From assembly GCA_017513085.1 (NCBI GenBank), contig JAFWDK010000016.1, positions 60,766 through 124,765 on the forward strand: a DNA stretch of 64,000 nt, written 5' to 3'. This document shows positions 27,885 through 38,061 of this stretch, one piece after another (within the stretch, counting starts at the first letter, position 1; each line of letters opens with the position of its first letter). The translations under genes and the position numbers were made by a program. The notes under the pieces were generated by a model. It was not told the origin of the DNA. It worked only from the letters and a program-made list of their open reading frames with translations, and made no database searches. Source of the stretch: Clostridiales bacterium (GTDB taxonomy: Bacteria; Bacillota; Clostridia; Saccharofermentanales; Saccharofermentanaceae).

Positions 27885-28421
27885 ATGCAACAAGATATTC
27901 GTTTCTCTACTGTCGTTCCTTTTGAAGACACCAAGTATCGCTTCATCTATCTGAATATCGGTGGAAACATGACCATAGAGGCAGACGATTCCAATACCGC
28001 CGCTGCTTCCATCTCTGAGAACACGGCGAAGATGGCCATCAACGATGCCGTAATGGGTATTAAGAATGAGAGTTATGAAAACTTCGCCTCGCATAACGGA
28101 GCCATCGTTGAAGCTTTGAATAATAATCTGAGGGCAAAAAATATCACACTGCTTTCCATCTCTTTTGATGCCGTCACCCCGGATGAACAAAGCCAGGCCC
28201 GCATGAAGCAGATCGACAGCCAACCGGCAATTCCTGTAGCACCTGCTGCTCCTGTTGCACCTACTTCACCTGTTGCTCCGTCAGCATCAGTTGCTCCTGC
28301 AGCTCCATCTGCCCCCGCTGCCCCGGCATTGAATCTCATGAAGTTCTGCGGACAGTGCGGTGCACCCGGCAACGGCAAGAAATTCTGCACAAATTGCGGC
28401 AATTCTTTGATCAAAGCCTGA
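27885..28421 (+). CDS. SPFH/band-7-like domain, Pro-Ala linker and C-terminal zinc ribbon
   Basis: GGAGG RBS; (P)VAPAA repeats; KFCGQCG...KFCTNCG. The SPFH call rests on weak resemblance only. Confidence 0.55.
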   Translation: MQQDIRFSTVVPFEDTKYRFIYLNIGGNMTIEADDSNTAAASISENTAKMAINDAVMGIKNESYENFASHNGAIVEALNNNLRAKNITLLSISFDAVTPDEQSQARMKQIDSQPAIPVAPAAPVAPTSPVAPSASVAPAAPSAPAAPALNLMKFCGQCGAPGNGKKFCTNCGNSLIKA

Positions 28422-28540
28422 CGCAAAGGCAGTTATTTCAGCTTATCCCGATTCTTTAACTTTTCTTTGCTTTTTCTTGAAGCATACTTTATTTGCGCCG
28501 TTTATTATGGAATCATCAAAAGAAAAGCGAGGACTCCACG

Positions 28541-29212
28541 ATGAGCATCAGCACACAGATCGAGAATGAGAACATGGTCGATTTCGCGAAAATAGCAAAA
28601 GCAACATCTATGAATGCAGAAACTCCCAAAGAAAACCTCGGTGTTCATATGCAGATCGTAAAAGACTATGAGTTGATGACGATCAGTAAGAAGCGGATCG
28701 TAAGAGAAGACTTCCCTAATCAGTTGGACTTCAGCTTTTCCCAAAAGAGAGAGATCATCACCTGCGGTCAGCAGGCTCTCCTTTCCAATGGCCTGGTTTT
28801 TGCCTACAGAAAGAATAAAGTTATCACCGCCGTTTTCATCGTAGAAAAGAATGTGTCCAGTTACGACTGCAACCACATGTACATTTCCCCTGAAGTGTCT
28901 GAGCCGGATGCAGATGACATGAAAAAAGATATCCGTCGCCAGATCTCCCTTCTGGTGTACTATGCGAACTTTACTAAGGGTTTTTTTGCCGGAGATCCTG
29001 TTCCGATGATTGAAAAAGAGAAGCGCACATACGCATGGGGAATCGCCCTGCTGGTCGGTTTGTTGTTTGCGATCTGCATGCATTTGCTGACTCAGAGTCT
29101 CCCGATCAGTTTTTTCACCGGACTTGCCCAGACTGCCTTCTGGTTTTGCATCTTAAATAACCGTCTTGTTTATAATGATACATTTACTTCTTCTGACGAA
29201 GATCAGGTATAA
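28541..29212 (+). CDS. Hypothetical protein with two C-terminal TM helices
   Basis: GAGGA RBS; hydrophobic C-terminal segments. Confidence 0.6.
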   Translation: MSISTQIENENMVDFAKIAKATSMNAETPKENLGVHMQIVKDYELMTISKKRIVREDFPNQLDFSFSQKREIITCGQQALLSNGLVFAYRKNKVITAVFIVEKNVSSYDCNHMYISPEVSEPDADDMKKDIRRQISLLVYYANFTKGFFAGDPVPMIEKEKRTYAWGIALLVGLLFAICMHLLTQSLPISFFTGLAQTAFWFCILNNRLVYNDTFTSSDEDQV

Positions 29213-29245
29213 TCTTATATAGATGAAAGAAGGAGGTTCTTTCCT

Positions 29246-29698
29246 GTGGGATATATCTTGGATCTGCGCAAAGAATTGGGGCACCGCCCTTTGATCATGA
29301 CCTGTGCCGGCGTATTGTTTCTTAATGATAAGAACGAGCTTCTTCTTCAGAAGCGTGCCGATAACCAGTGCTGGGCTTATCCGGCCGGATCCATGGAACT
29401 GGGAGAAACCTTCGAAGAATGTGCGAAGCGGGAAGCTTTTGAAGAGTCCGGTCTGATCTGCGATGAGCTCGTATACTTCACACATGTTTCAGGGAACCAC
29501 TTTGTCTATCCGAACGGAGACGAGATCTACAGCGCCGCCGTAATCTTTCTTTGCCGCCGTTTTCATGGAGAAATGCGCATACAGGAAGAAGAGGTCATCG
29601 AGCAGCGCTTCTTCTCCTTCGACGCGCTGCCGGACAACCTCTCCTCTACTAACCGCAGCACCATTATGAAGCTACGGGATCATTTACTTTCCGAGTGA
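29246..29698 (+). CDS. NUDIX hydrolase
   Basis: YILDLRKELGHRPLI..., LLLQKRAD, GSMELGETFEECAKREAFEESGL. Confidence 0.9.
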   Translation: MGYILDLRKELGHRPLIMTCAGVLFLNDKNELLLQKRADNQCWAYPAGSMELGETFEECAKREAFEESGLICDELVYFTHVSGNHFVYPNGDEIYSAAVIFLCRRFHGEMRIQEEEVIEQRFFSFDALPDNLSSTNRSTIMKLRDHLLSE

Positions 29699-31042
29699 TC
29701 AACTCAGTATCTCTTTGAGTTTCCACCTTGTATTGTCCACTGCCAGACTATAACCACAATAACTGCAGCATCCCTTCTCATCCGGTAGGAACGGCACGCC
29801 GCAAGACGGACAGGATCTGTTTTGGAACATTTCTCCTTTCGACTTTATGCGATTCGGATACCGCGCACGGACCATACGAAGTTTCATCTTCTTTTCCGAA
29901 TAAAGGATCTGTCCGTCAGTATCCACCGTTCGTGTTCCCACTAAAACAGATGCAGTAATAAACGTCTCATCTTCTGTATTGTCCACCTTGTTGTACTTGA
30001 TATTTCCCAGCCACAGATCGAGTGTATTCTCCCGGTCGGCTTTGTTCCATAGTTCCTCAAGTATCGAACTTCTAAACAGGTTTTCATAGAAACGCACGAC
30101 CTTCTTCGTCTTCTTTTTTTTGAATAAAGACTCCCACGCAACGATAAGAGCCATCGTAAGCACCGTGCCGACGACCAGTCCGGCAACAACAAGAATAAGT
30201 GCAAATACCGCATCCTCATCGATGCTCGAACCGAAAGGAAACATCAGAAGAAACGTCGTCAGGAAAGCGACTATCGGAAAAGGGATCACCGATCTCAGAT
30301 CTCTCGTCACCTTTAATTTTTCAAACACAAAATCCTGTGTCTGCCAGTCAAAGAAGTTCGCAAAAACCGGACGTCCGCAGAACGGGCAGACCGCCTCTGC
30401 GCCGCGCACTTCGATATCCGCTCCGCACGAGAAGCACTTCTGCGCGCTGATCTCTTCGTAGAAATCTTTTGCGCCTTTCTTTCCCTGCTTTCTGCGTTCT
30501 TTATCACGGCTTAGATCACTGGCTTTAATGTTTCTGCTCTGACGCACGGCAAGCCGTGCATTGCGGTAGTAATTGCGATGCACGACTTGCCCTTGCGAAT
30601 CAATATACTGTTCTAATGCCGCAGCTTTCGCGGAACCTTCGCGCCACTGACGGCCACCATCATTCCAACTGAGGAAATTATTCGGCTTACCCTGATTCTC
30701 CATCGTAGCAGCGGACACACGGATCATTCTCCGCAGACCATACTTCTGAAGGATACGGATCGTATTCTCCTGCATGGCACGGAACGTCTTATCCGTACGT
30801 GCAGGAAGATATGACGTATCCGCATTCTCCCAGGAAAGCAGGATCGGTTCGACTGCCTCTTTCATGTCTTTCGTCATCTTCTGACCGCTGAAGATCGACC
30901 CTTCCAAAGGTTTGTTCAATCTCGCGATCGTAGTTTCTTTTCCACCACCGAAAAGGAGATCGACGATCGTATCGCTGCAAAGAAGAAATGCAACCAGACA
31001 GGAAGTTATGAAAGCAGCCAATGCCGAATAAAACCAGATCAT
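29699..31042 (-). CDS. Membrane protein with two zinc ribbons (apparent internal duplication)
   Basis: CFSCG..CPFCG..W and CPSCG..CSYCG..W, each following a TM segment and a soluble domain. Confidence 0.65.
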   Translation of the reverse strand: MIWFYSALAAFITSCLVAFLLCSDTIVDLLFGGGKETTIARLNKPLEGSIFSGQKMTKDMKEAVEPILLSWENADTSYLPARTDKTFRAMQENTIRILQKYGLRRMIRVSAATMENQGKPNNFLSWNDGGRQWREGSAKAAALEQYIDSQGQVVHRNYYRNARLAVRQSRNIKASDLSRDKERRKQGKKGAKDFYEEISAQKCFSCGADIEVRGAEAVCPFCGRPVFANFFDWQTQDFVFEKLKVTRDLRSVIPFPIVAFLTTFLLMFPFGSSIDEDAVFALILVVAGLVVGTVLTMALIVAWESLFKKKKTKKVVRFYENLFRSSILEELWNKADRENTLDLWLGNIKYNKVDNTEDETFITASVLVGTRTVDTDGQILYSEKKMKLRMVRARYPNRIKSKGEMFQNRSCPSCGVPFLPDEKGCCSYCGYSLAVDNTRWKLKEILS

Positions 31043-31045
31043 ATT

Positions 31046-32410
31046 TTATGCCTTTGCCGCTTTCTTTTCTTCGGCTTCCTCTTCTTCAGACTTGAAGTCT
31101 TTGCGGCAACCCTTATAGTCTTTTTCTTCAAGCGGAAGGATCGCATTCAGGATAATACCGACAAGTGCGCCGACTGCCAGACCGGAAAGGGAGATATTCA
31201 CAGAACCGATCGAGAAGCTGATGGCACCTGCAGGATTGTGATACTTGATACCGATGGAAAGACCCAGGATCAAAGCCGCGATGATAATGTTGCGGCTCTT
31301 ACTGAAGTCGACCTGATTCTCAACGATATTGCGGACACCGACCGCAGAGATCATACCGTAAAGCACGATGGAAACACCGCCAACGGTCGCAGCCGGCATG
31401 GACGCGATCAGCGCGGCAAATTTCGGAGAGAAAGAGAATACGATCGCACATACCGCAGCAATACGGATCACTCTCGGATCGTATACTTTCGTCAGCGAAA
31501 GCACTCCCGTATTTTCACCATACGTTGTGTTGGCCGGTGCACCGAAAAGCGATGCCAGGATGGTGGCAAGACCATCACCGATAAGTGTACGGTGAAGACC
31601 CGGATCTTCGATAAAATTTCTGTCTGTGGTCGAAGAGATCGCAGAAATATCACCGATATGCTCAACCATGGTAGCCAGTGCGATCGGCATGATCGTAATG
31701 ATCGCCGTTGCGATCAAAGATGTATCCGGAGACTTGAAGATCGAGAATACCGTGTCGTCAAAAGCAACCGGGAGACCGATCCAGTCAACCGACTGTACTT
31801 TGGAAAAATCGACCAGTCCGAACGGCAGTGCCGCGATATAGGAAACGATGACACCGAGAATGATCGGCACGATCTTGATCATGCCCTTTCCATATATATT
31901 ACAGATGACCACCACAAGGATCGCCAGTACAGCAACGACCCAGTTCTGCGTACAATTCTTGATCGCATCAGAAGACAAGGTAAGACCGATGGCAATGATG
32001 ATCGGTCCGGTAACGATCGGCGGGAAGAAGCGCATGACCTTCTTCTGTCCGAACGCCTTGATCAAAGCCGCCAGAACCAGATACAGGCATCCGGCTGCCG
32101 CAACACCCAGGCACGCATACGGAAGCAGCGAAGTATCTGTCTTTCCGTCAACCGTAGCTACTGCCGCGTATCCACCGATGAAAGCAAAAGAAGAACCAAG
32201 GAATGCAGGTACTTTTCCTTTTGTGAGAAAATGGAAAAGAAGAGTACCCAGTCCTGCAAATAAAAGCGTCGCCGAAACAGACAGACCTGTCAGCGCCGGA
32301 ACGAGAACCGTAGCTCCGAACATCGCAAACATGTGCTGAAGTCCGAGCACGAACATTTTAGGATATCCGAGTGTTCTCGCGTCGTATATCCCACCGTTTT
32401 TGTCACCCAT
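31046..32410 (-). CDS. Uracil/xanthine permease (NCS2; UraA/PyrP-like)
   Basis: LGLQHMFAMFGATVLVP, FLGSSFAF, EHIGD, NTTYGEN signature. Confidence 0.93.
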   Translation of the reverse strand: MGDKNGGIYDARTLGYPKMFVLGLQHMFAMFGATVLVPALTGLSVSATLLFAGLGTLLFHFLTKGKVPAFLGSSFAFIGGYAAVATVDGKTDTSLLPYACLGVAAAGCLYLVLAALIKAFGQKKVMRFFPPIVTGPIIIAIGLTLSSDAIKNCTQNWVVAVLAILVVVICNIYGKGMIKIVPIILGVIVSYIAALPFGLVDFSKVQSVDWIGLPVAFDDTVFSIFKSPDTSLIATAIITIMPIALATMVEHIGDISAISSTTDRNFIEDPGLHRTLIGDGLATILASLFGAPANTTYGENTGVLSLTKVYDPRVIRIAAVCAIVFSFSPKFAALIASMPAATVGGVSIVLYGMISAVGVRNIVENQVDFSKSRNIIIAALILGLSIGIKYHNPAGAISFSIGSVNISLSGLAVGALVGIILNAILPLEEKDYKGCRKDFKSEEEEAEEKKAAKA

Positions 32411-32487
32411 AACTACCTCCTGAAAATGTATTCACTATTTTTACTATAGCACAACAGTTTCATTTGGTGCGACACAATTCAGGCAGA

Positions 32488-33843
32488 TCAGAACCCTTTA
32501 TTTTTTAATCCCGCAACAAGCTGGACGAAGAATTCCCGCACATCAAATCCGTCGAAATTCTCACGGTTCAGATCGATCATATCGCCATGGGAAATTCCTC
32601 TTCTTCCCTTTGAGATCAGGAACTGATAATCCTTGCCCCAGCAAAAGGATTTCGCGCCGACCAGACCATCGTTCGGGCCATCAAAATGATGCACCAGGAA
32701 CGTGGAAAAATTCAGTGGAAATCTTCCGGAATATGCATGGTTCAATTTCGATCCGACACTCTGACAATAGATGCCCTCCGGATCCGGCATTTCTTCATTC
32801 AATCTTGCACACGAAGTCGAAGTGAGATCATTGACCGCTTCCAGGAAACTCGGTGACGGATCGCCCAGTTTTCTCAGCGCAGCTTCATACATATGCGCGA
32901 CCCGGGTCTGGTGCTTCTCACCGATCTTGCTTAAAAGATAATCCGCAAATTCACATCCTCTGTGCGGTGTATTGATCGTCGTGACACTTGCCACATACGG
33001 ACCGGCGCCATACTTCGCGATAGCCATTCTCGTATCCAGGCCACCCTTGGAATGCGCGATGACATTTACTTTTCCGCAACCTGTCTGCTCACATATTTCT
33101 TTAATGCGCGCCGCCAGTTCCTGACCGCATCTTTCGACCGAAGCTGCGGACTGCTGGTTTCCGTAGAAAACTGTCGCACCGTTTTTCATAAGCTGTTCCG
33201 GAATACGACCCCAGTAATTAAGATAACGGAAATCACGGAAAAATACGCCATGCACCATCAGGAGCGGATATTTACAGGCGCAGATCTTCTGATCCGCACG
33301 CGAATCATTCAGAATGATCTTTTCATTTTCCACACGCACTTCTTTATCAGCAATATAGATCATGATGCCCAGCACCACCAGATGTACGACCGGGATCATA
33401 CCGCACAGCGCACCGATGAGACGGAAACGGAAGCCGAGCTGTGATGCGGTCAGATAGATACGGATAATACCATTCCAAAAGACGATGTTTTCGATCACGA
33501 TAATGATAATGATCGTTCGGATCCAGGTTCCTTTTTCATCTCCGAAAGACGGGATCCCGTATTCCGTCAGTTTCCCGAACATGCCCAGGATCGCGATGAC
33601 ACTGTCTATGGTTACAGAAAGAAGGAAGATCTTGAGCAACGACGTTCCGCAAGCCGTATTTCTAAGTTTCGGCGAACGTATCTTCAGGAAGCTCAGAGGA
33701 TTCTTCGGAATGGCGTTGATGTACATGAAGGCAAAGATCAACAGCAAAAGCCATATGGTTGAAAGGTCAAGGAGAATAAAGTTTCCAATAACACTAACGA
33801 TCAGCGAATAAAGAACGATAAAAAAGATATCCAGCACGATCAT
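32488..33843 (-). CDS. Lipase/esterase with N-terminal membrane domain
   Basis: YP.LMVHG, AHSKGG nucleophile elbow, TPHRG, NDGLV, SHGD. Confidence 0.85.
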   Translation of the reverse strand: MIVLDIFFIVLYSLIVSVIGNFILLDLSTIWLLLLIFAFMYINAIPKNPLSFLKIRSPKLRNTACGTSLLKIFLLSVTIDSVIAILGMFGKLTEYGIPSFGDEKGTWIRTIIIIIVIENIVFWNGIIRIYLTASQLGFRFRLIGALCGMIPVVHLVVLGIMIYIADKEVRVENEKIILNDSRADQKICACKYPLLMVHGVFFRDFRYLNYWGRIPEQLMKNGATVFYGNQQSAASVERCGQELAARIKEICEQTGCGKVNVIAHSKGGLDTRMAIAKYGAGPYVASVTTINTPHRGCEFADYLLSKIGEKHQTRVAHMYEAALRKLGDPSPSFLEAVNDLTSTSCARLNEEMPDPEGIYCQSVGSKLNHAYSGRFPLNFSTFLVHHFDGPNDGLVGAKSFCWGKDYQFLISKGRRGISHGDMIDLNRENFDGFDVREFFVQLVAGLKNKGF

Positions 33844-33853
33844 GATCTTTCCC

Positions 33854-36800
33854 TCACTTACTCATAATATCCATCAGGTCTGCAACCCATTCGACGATCT
33901 TAGCCTGATCTTTCGGCATCGGTGTATATTGTATATAAGACTTTTTCAACGCGTAAAGCACTACACGGTCCTTATAGCGTGCATCATCACCGACCTTGCC
34001 CAGATTCTGCATTTCTTTTCCGGCATTGCTTCTATAGATCAATCTTGCATCCTTGCCGGTGATCTCGATCTGCTCAAAACCAAGACCTCCGGACAGATGC
34101 CGGATGATCGAGATATTCGACAGTATCTCGACCTCACGCGGAATATCGCCATAACGGTCCATCAACTCGTCTTCCAGATCCATTCTTTCCTGAACCGAAG
34201 CAACTTTCTGGATCCGCCGGTAAACATCCATCCTCTGTCCTTCGTCCGGAATATAAGCGGAAGGGATATAAGCATCCTCGTGGAATTTCACCACAGCATC
34301 CTCCACCTTCGGTGCCCATGTTCCGGATAGTTTCTTGATCTCTTCATCCAGCATACGGCAATAAAGCTCATAGCCGATCACATCCATCTGACCATGCTGT
34401 TCCGCGCCGAGAAGATTTCCTGCGCCACGCACCTCCAGATCCTTCAACGCGATCTTGATTCCGGAACCCAACTCCGTAAAATCACGGATCGCCGCCAGAC
34501 GTTTTTCAGCATCTTCTTTCAATACCTTATCCGGCCGGTAAGTAATATATGCATATGCTTGTCTGTCGGAACGACCGACACGACCCTTCAACTGATACAG
34601 CTGGGAAAGACCGAACCTGTCACTGTTTTCAACAATGATCGTATTTACATTCGGCATATCCACACCGGATTCAATAATGGTCGTACATACCAGAATATCT
34701 GCCTCTTTATGGATAAAGGATTCGATGATGCTCTCCAGTTCACGTTCACTCATCTGTCCATGAGCATAGACCACACGGGCTCCGGGGATCAGATCCTGCA
34801 GCATCTGTGCTTTTTCCGCAATCTTGTGCGTATCGTTAAAGAGATAGAACACCTGCCCTGCACGGCCGATTTCACGAAGACATGCTTCCGCAATGATCTG
34901 CGGATCGTATTCAATGACATATGTCTGCACCGGCCGACGATCCTGCGGAGGTTCTTCCAGTACGGAGATGTCCCGGATACCGGACAAAGACATATGAAGC
35001 GTTCTCGGTATCGGCGTCGCCGTAAGCGTCAGTACGTCCACGTTGTTGCGGAGATTCTTCAGTTTTTCTTTGTGATTCACGCCGAAACGCTGCTCTTCAT
35101 CGATAACCAAAAGTCCGAGATCCTTCGGCTTTACATCCTGACTTAACACACGGTGTGTACCAACGATCACATCGATCTCTCCGTTGTTGATGCCGGTCAC
35201 CGCGCGCTTGACTTCTTTCGGCGTACAGAAGCGGCTCAACAACGCGACATTCACCATCGGATAATCACGAAGTCTCTCTTTTAAGTTCTCATAATGCTGC
35301 TGAACCAAAACCGTTGTCGGTGCCAGAAGGATCGCTTGCTTTCCGTCCATCACGCATTTAAAGATGGCACGGAATGCCACTTCGGTCTTTCCGAAACCGA
35401 CGTCTCCGCAAAGAAGACGATCCATGACTTTTTTCGATTCCATGTCATTCTTGATGTCTCTGATCGCCTGAAGCTGATCATCCGTTTCCTGAAACGGGAA
35501 ATCATCTTCGAACTGTGTCTGCCAGACCGAATCCGGAGCAAAAGCATGCCCCTCGACCGCCTGTCTTTTGGCATAGAGTTCAACCAGGTCAAAGGCAAGT
35601 TTCTTGATTGAGGCCGTCGCGCGGGAAACGGATTTCTTCCATTCGCCGCTTCCCAGTCTGGCCAGTTTCGGTTTTCTTCCGTCCGAAGCAACATATTTCT
35701 GGATATGATCCAACCGGTCCAAAGGGATATATAAGTGATCTTCATTGGCATATGTGATCTGCAGATAGTCGCGCTTGACGCCGTCTGTCACCAGATTGAT
35801 CAGACCATCATAGCGGCCGACACCGTTCTCATCGTCGACGACCAGTTCACCCGGCACCAGATCCGAGAAAAGGTCGATCGTCATGCCGCCCTTTTTCTTT
35901 TTCTTCATGCCACGATCCACACCGAATACATCCTGGGTACCGATCACAAGAAGAGAGATCGCCGGATACACAAAACCATTCGGAAGAGGTTTCGGCAGGA
36001 TCACAGGCGTACAATTCCTCTCGAACAGGAAAGATTTCAGTTTCTCGCCCCGCTGTCCGCCGCCACTCATGATGTAGGTCTGTTCGCCGTTTTTGCTTCG
36101 CGTCTTGATCTGCTCGGCCATATCCTCCTCATGGCCACGGTAACTATTGCACGCCGAGCCCATGATATCGATCCGCGTTCCACCCGGAAGACCATTGCTG
36201 GTACTCGGCAGCATCGCCATCGCGATCACCTGCTTCTGATCAAGTTCACGGAACAGATCTGTTCTCTTAGCCACAGCATTGCCACACTCAGTCGGGATCT
36301 GCCCCGCCTCCAGCGCAGTCCGGAAACGCGTCTCAAAATCCGCGTTCACGCCGTCCATACGGGATCGGACCTGATTGATCTCGTCGATATAGATCGGATC
36401 GCCAAAAGATCTCGCATATGAAAGGATCGAGACTGTCTCATGATAGAGCACGGACACCCATTTTTCCCATCCGCTGAAAGAACCGCCGCTCAATAGTGAT
36501 TCGGATTCTTTAGAGATCATGCGGAGCATGGAATCAATGCTGTTTCTGGAAGCACCGATAGATGCGGCATTTTTGGCTGCGCGCTCCCCGATGCGGTTCA
36601 TCTCATTACTTAAAGACTCCCATTGTTTTTCCGGGAGCAAGAGTTCACTCGCCGGCAGGATCGTGATTTCTTTTAATACTTCTTCCGATCGCTGGCTGGC
36701 CGGATCGAAACGCTTGATCTGGTCGATCTCATCGTCAAAATAACTGATACGGATACCCTTGTCTTCTCCACTCGGGAAGATGTCGAAGATCTCACCGCGC

Positions 36801-37420
36801 CTTGCAAATTCGCCCATCACGGAGACTTCACGTGTACGGTAGTAACCCATGGAAGCAAGTGTCAATGCCAGGTCTTCCGGTGAGATGCGCTGGGCAAGTT
36901 TAAGCCTGATCTTGGCACCGTAAAAAGAATCCATCGGCATCATCTTCGTCAGAAGACCACCACCGGTAACGATCATGGCGCCGCACTGACGAAGTCCATA
37001 ACGGACCAGTGTCTGCACACGGCCCCTCTCGATTTCGCGGCTGGAAGCCGATACCGCGGAAAGCTGTGTCTCTCTTCCACGCAGGATCACGCATTCTTTT
37101 TCAAAAAAAGCATCCAGATGTGCTTTCATCTGACGTGCGGAAAGCTCGTCAGAAACGATGATCACCGGGATCTGTGTCTGATCGTCGGAGAGCTCCCTGG
37201 TCTTCTTGGAAGTCTTCTTCTCATCCTTTGTAACGGAATCTTTTTTCTGTTCGGAAGACGCATAAACCGCGGCCGCGATCAGATACGCCTTCTGCGTCTG
37301 CGTCATTCCGGTCAGGTTGATATGTCCTAGTTTACTGTCGATCGTATTCAGAAATTCCTGGAATTTCGGATCTTTTTGCGCCTCCGCCAGGAGATTCCGG
37401 ATAGCAGGAAGAAAGATCAT
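33854..37420 (-). CDS. mfd: Transcription-repair coupling factor
   Basis: UvrB-homology GEFARRG, MDRLLCGDVGFGKTEVA, DEEQRFGV, TATPIPRTL, QLKGRVGRS, DLEVRGAGNLLG. Confidence 0.97.
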   Translation of the reverse strand: MIFLPAIRNLLAEAQKDPKFQEFLNTIDSKLGHINLTGMTQTQKAYLIAAAVYASSEQKKDSVTKDEKKTSKKTRELSDDQTQIPVIIVSDELSARQMKAHLDAFFEKECVILRGRETQLSAVSASSREIERGRVQTLVRYGLRQCGAMIVTGGGLLTKMMPMDSFYGAKIRLKLAQRISPEDLALTLASMGYYRTREVSVMGEFARRGEIFDIFPSGEDKGIRISYFDDEIDQIKRFDPASQRSEEVLKEITILPASELLLPEKQWESLSNEMNRIGERAAKNAASIGASRNSIDSMLRMISKESESLLSGGSFSGWEKWVSVLYHETVSILSYARSFGDPIYIDEINQVRSRMDGVNADFETRFRTALEAGQIPTECGNAVAKRTDLFRELDQKQVIAMAMLPSTSNGLPGGTRIDIMGSACNSYRGHEEDMAEQIKTRSKNGEQTYIMSGGGQRGEKLKSFLFERNCTPVILPKPLPNGFVYPAISLLVIGTQDVFGVDRGMKKKKKGGMTIDLFSDLVPGELVVDDENGVGRYDGLINLVTDGVKRDYLQITYANEDHLYIPLDRLDHIQKYVASDGRKPKLARLGSGEWKKSVSRATASIKKLAFDLVELYAKRQAVEGHAFAPDSVWQTQFEDDFPFQETDDQLQAIRDIKNDMESKKVMDRLLCGDVGFGKTEVAFRAIFKCVMDGKQAILLAPTTVLVQQHYENLKERLRDYPMVNVALLSRFCTPKEVKRAVTGINNGEIDVIVGTHRVLSQDVKPKDLGLLVIDEEQRFGVNHKEKLKNLRNNVDVLTLTATPIPRTLHMSLSGIRDISVLEEPPQDRRPVQTYVIEYDPQIIAEACLREIGRAGQVFYLFNDTHKIAEKAQMLQDLIPGARVVYAHGQMSERELESIIESFIHKEADILVCTTIIESGVDMPNVNTIIVENSDRFGLSQLYQLKGRVGRSDRQAYAYITYRPDKVLKEDAEKRLAAIRDFTELGSGIKIALKDLEVRGAGNLLGAEQHGQMDVIGYELYCRMLDEEIKKLSGTWAPKVEDAVVKFHEDAYIPSAYIPDEGQRMDVYRRIQKVASVQERMDLEDELMDRYGDIPREVEILSNISIIRHLSGGLGFEQIEITGKDARLIYRSNAGKEMQNLGKVGDDARYKDRVVLYALKKSYIQYTPMPKDQAKIVEWVADLMDIMSK

Positions 37421-38055
37421 CTTTTGCCTCCTGCCGCACCTTTCCCACCCAGGAAGCCCTTACCGGCGACGATATCTTCGACCGCCTTCGCGCCTTCCAC
37501 AAATGCTTCGTACATGGTATCCTGTTCCTCTTTCGGAATCGTCGAAAGCACAAAATCCGCCAGATCCCACTTCTCCGGAACCGGACCGCATCCGATCCGG
37601 ACCCGTGGAAAATCCTGTGAAGCAAGATGGTAGATCACGGATTTCATTCCGTTATGTGTACCGGCGCTACCGGAAGGACGTACACGGATCGTCCCCCTCT
37701 TGATGTCGATATCATCGTAGACAACGATCAAATGATCCAACGGGATCTTAAAAAACTTCATCACTTCCGACACACTCTCGCCGGAAAGATTCATAAAGGT
37801 ATGTGGACGCAAGAGTATAACTTCTTCACCGGCAATGGTGCCTCGGCCATACTCGCCTTTCCACTTCAATTTATCGATCTTGATATTGTTTCTCTCCGCC
37901 AGTACATGTAGTGTCATGAAACCGCAGTTATGCCATGTACAGTCATATTGTTTGCCCGGATTGCCCAGGCCTACCAGAAGCCACATATCTCCGTTTCCTG
38001 TTCTTTCTTCGGATTCCTCGTTCTTGTCCGTTTTCTTGAAAAAGCGCGCCAGCAT
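37417..38055 (-). CDS. pth: Peptidyl-tRNA hydrolase
   Basis: VGLGNPG, HNCGF, P.TFMNLSG, VYDDID, GTHNGMKS. Confidence 0.96.
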   Translation of the reverse strand: MLARFFKKTDKNEESEERTGNGDMWLLVGLGNPGKQYDCTWHNCGFMTLHVLAERNNIKIDKLKWKGEYGRGTIAGEEVILLRPHTFMNLSGESVSEVMKFFKIPLDHLIVVYDDIDIKRGTIRVRPSGSAGTHNGMKSVIYHLASQDFPRVRIGCGPVPEKWDLADFVLSTIPKEEQDTMYEAFVEGAKAVEDIVAGKGFLGGKGAAGGKR

Positions 38056-38061
38056 AACCGA

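Noticed and set aside
26382-28223. 613-aa minus-strand ORF
   Set aside because: Antisense to two well-formed plus-strand genes; no domain features.
32411-32487. PyrR attenuator upstream of the uracil permease
   Set aside because: Only 77 nt, with no PyrR-binding loop consensus or terminator hairpin visible.
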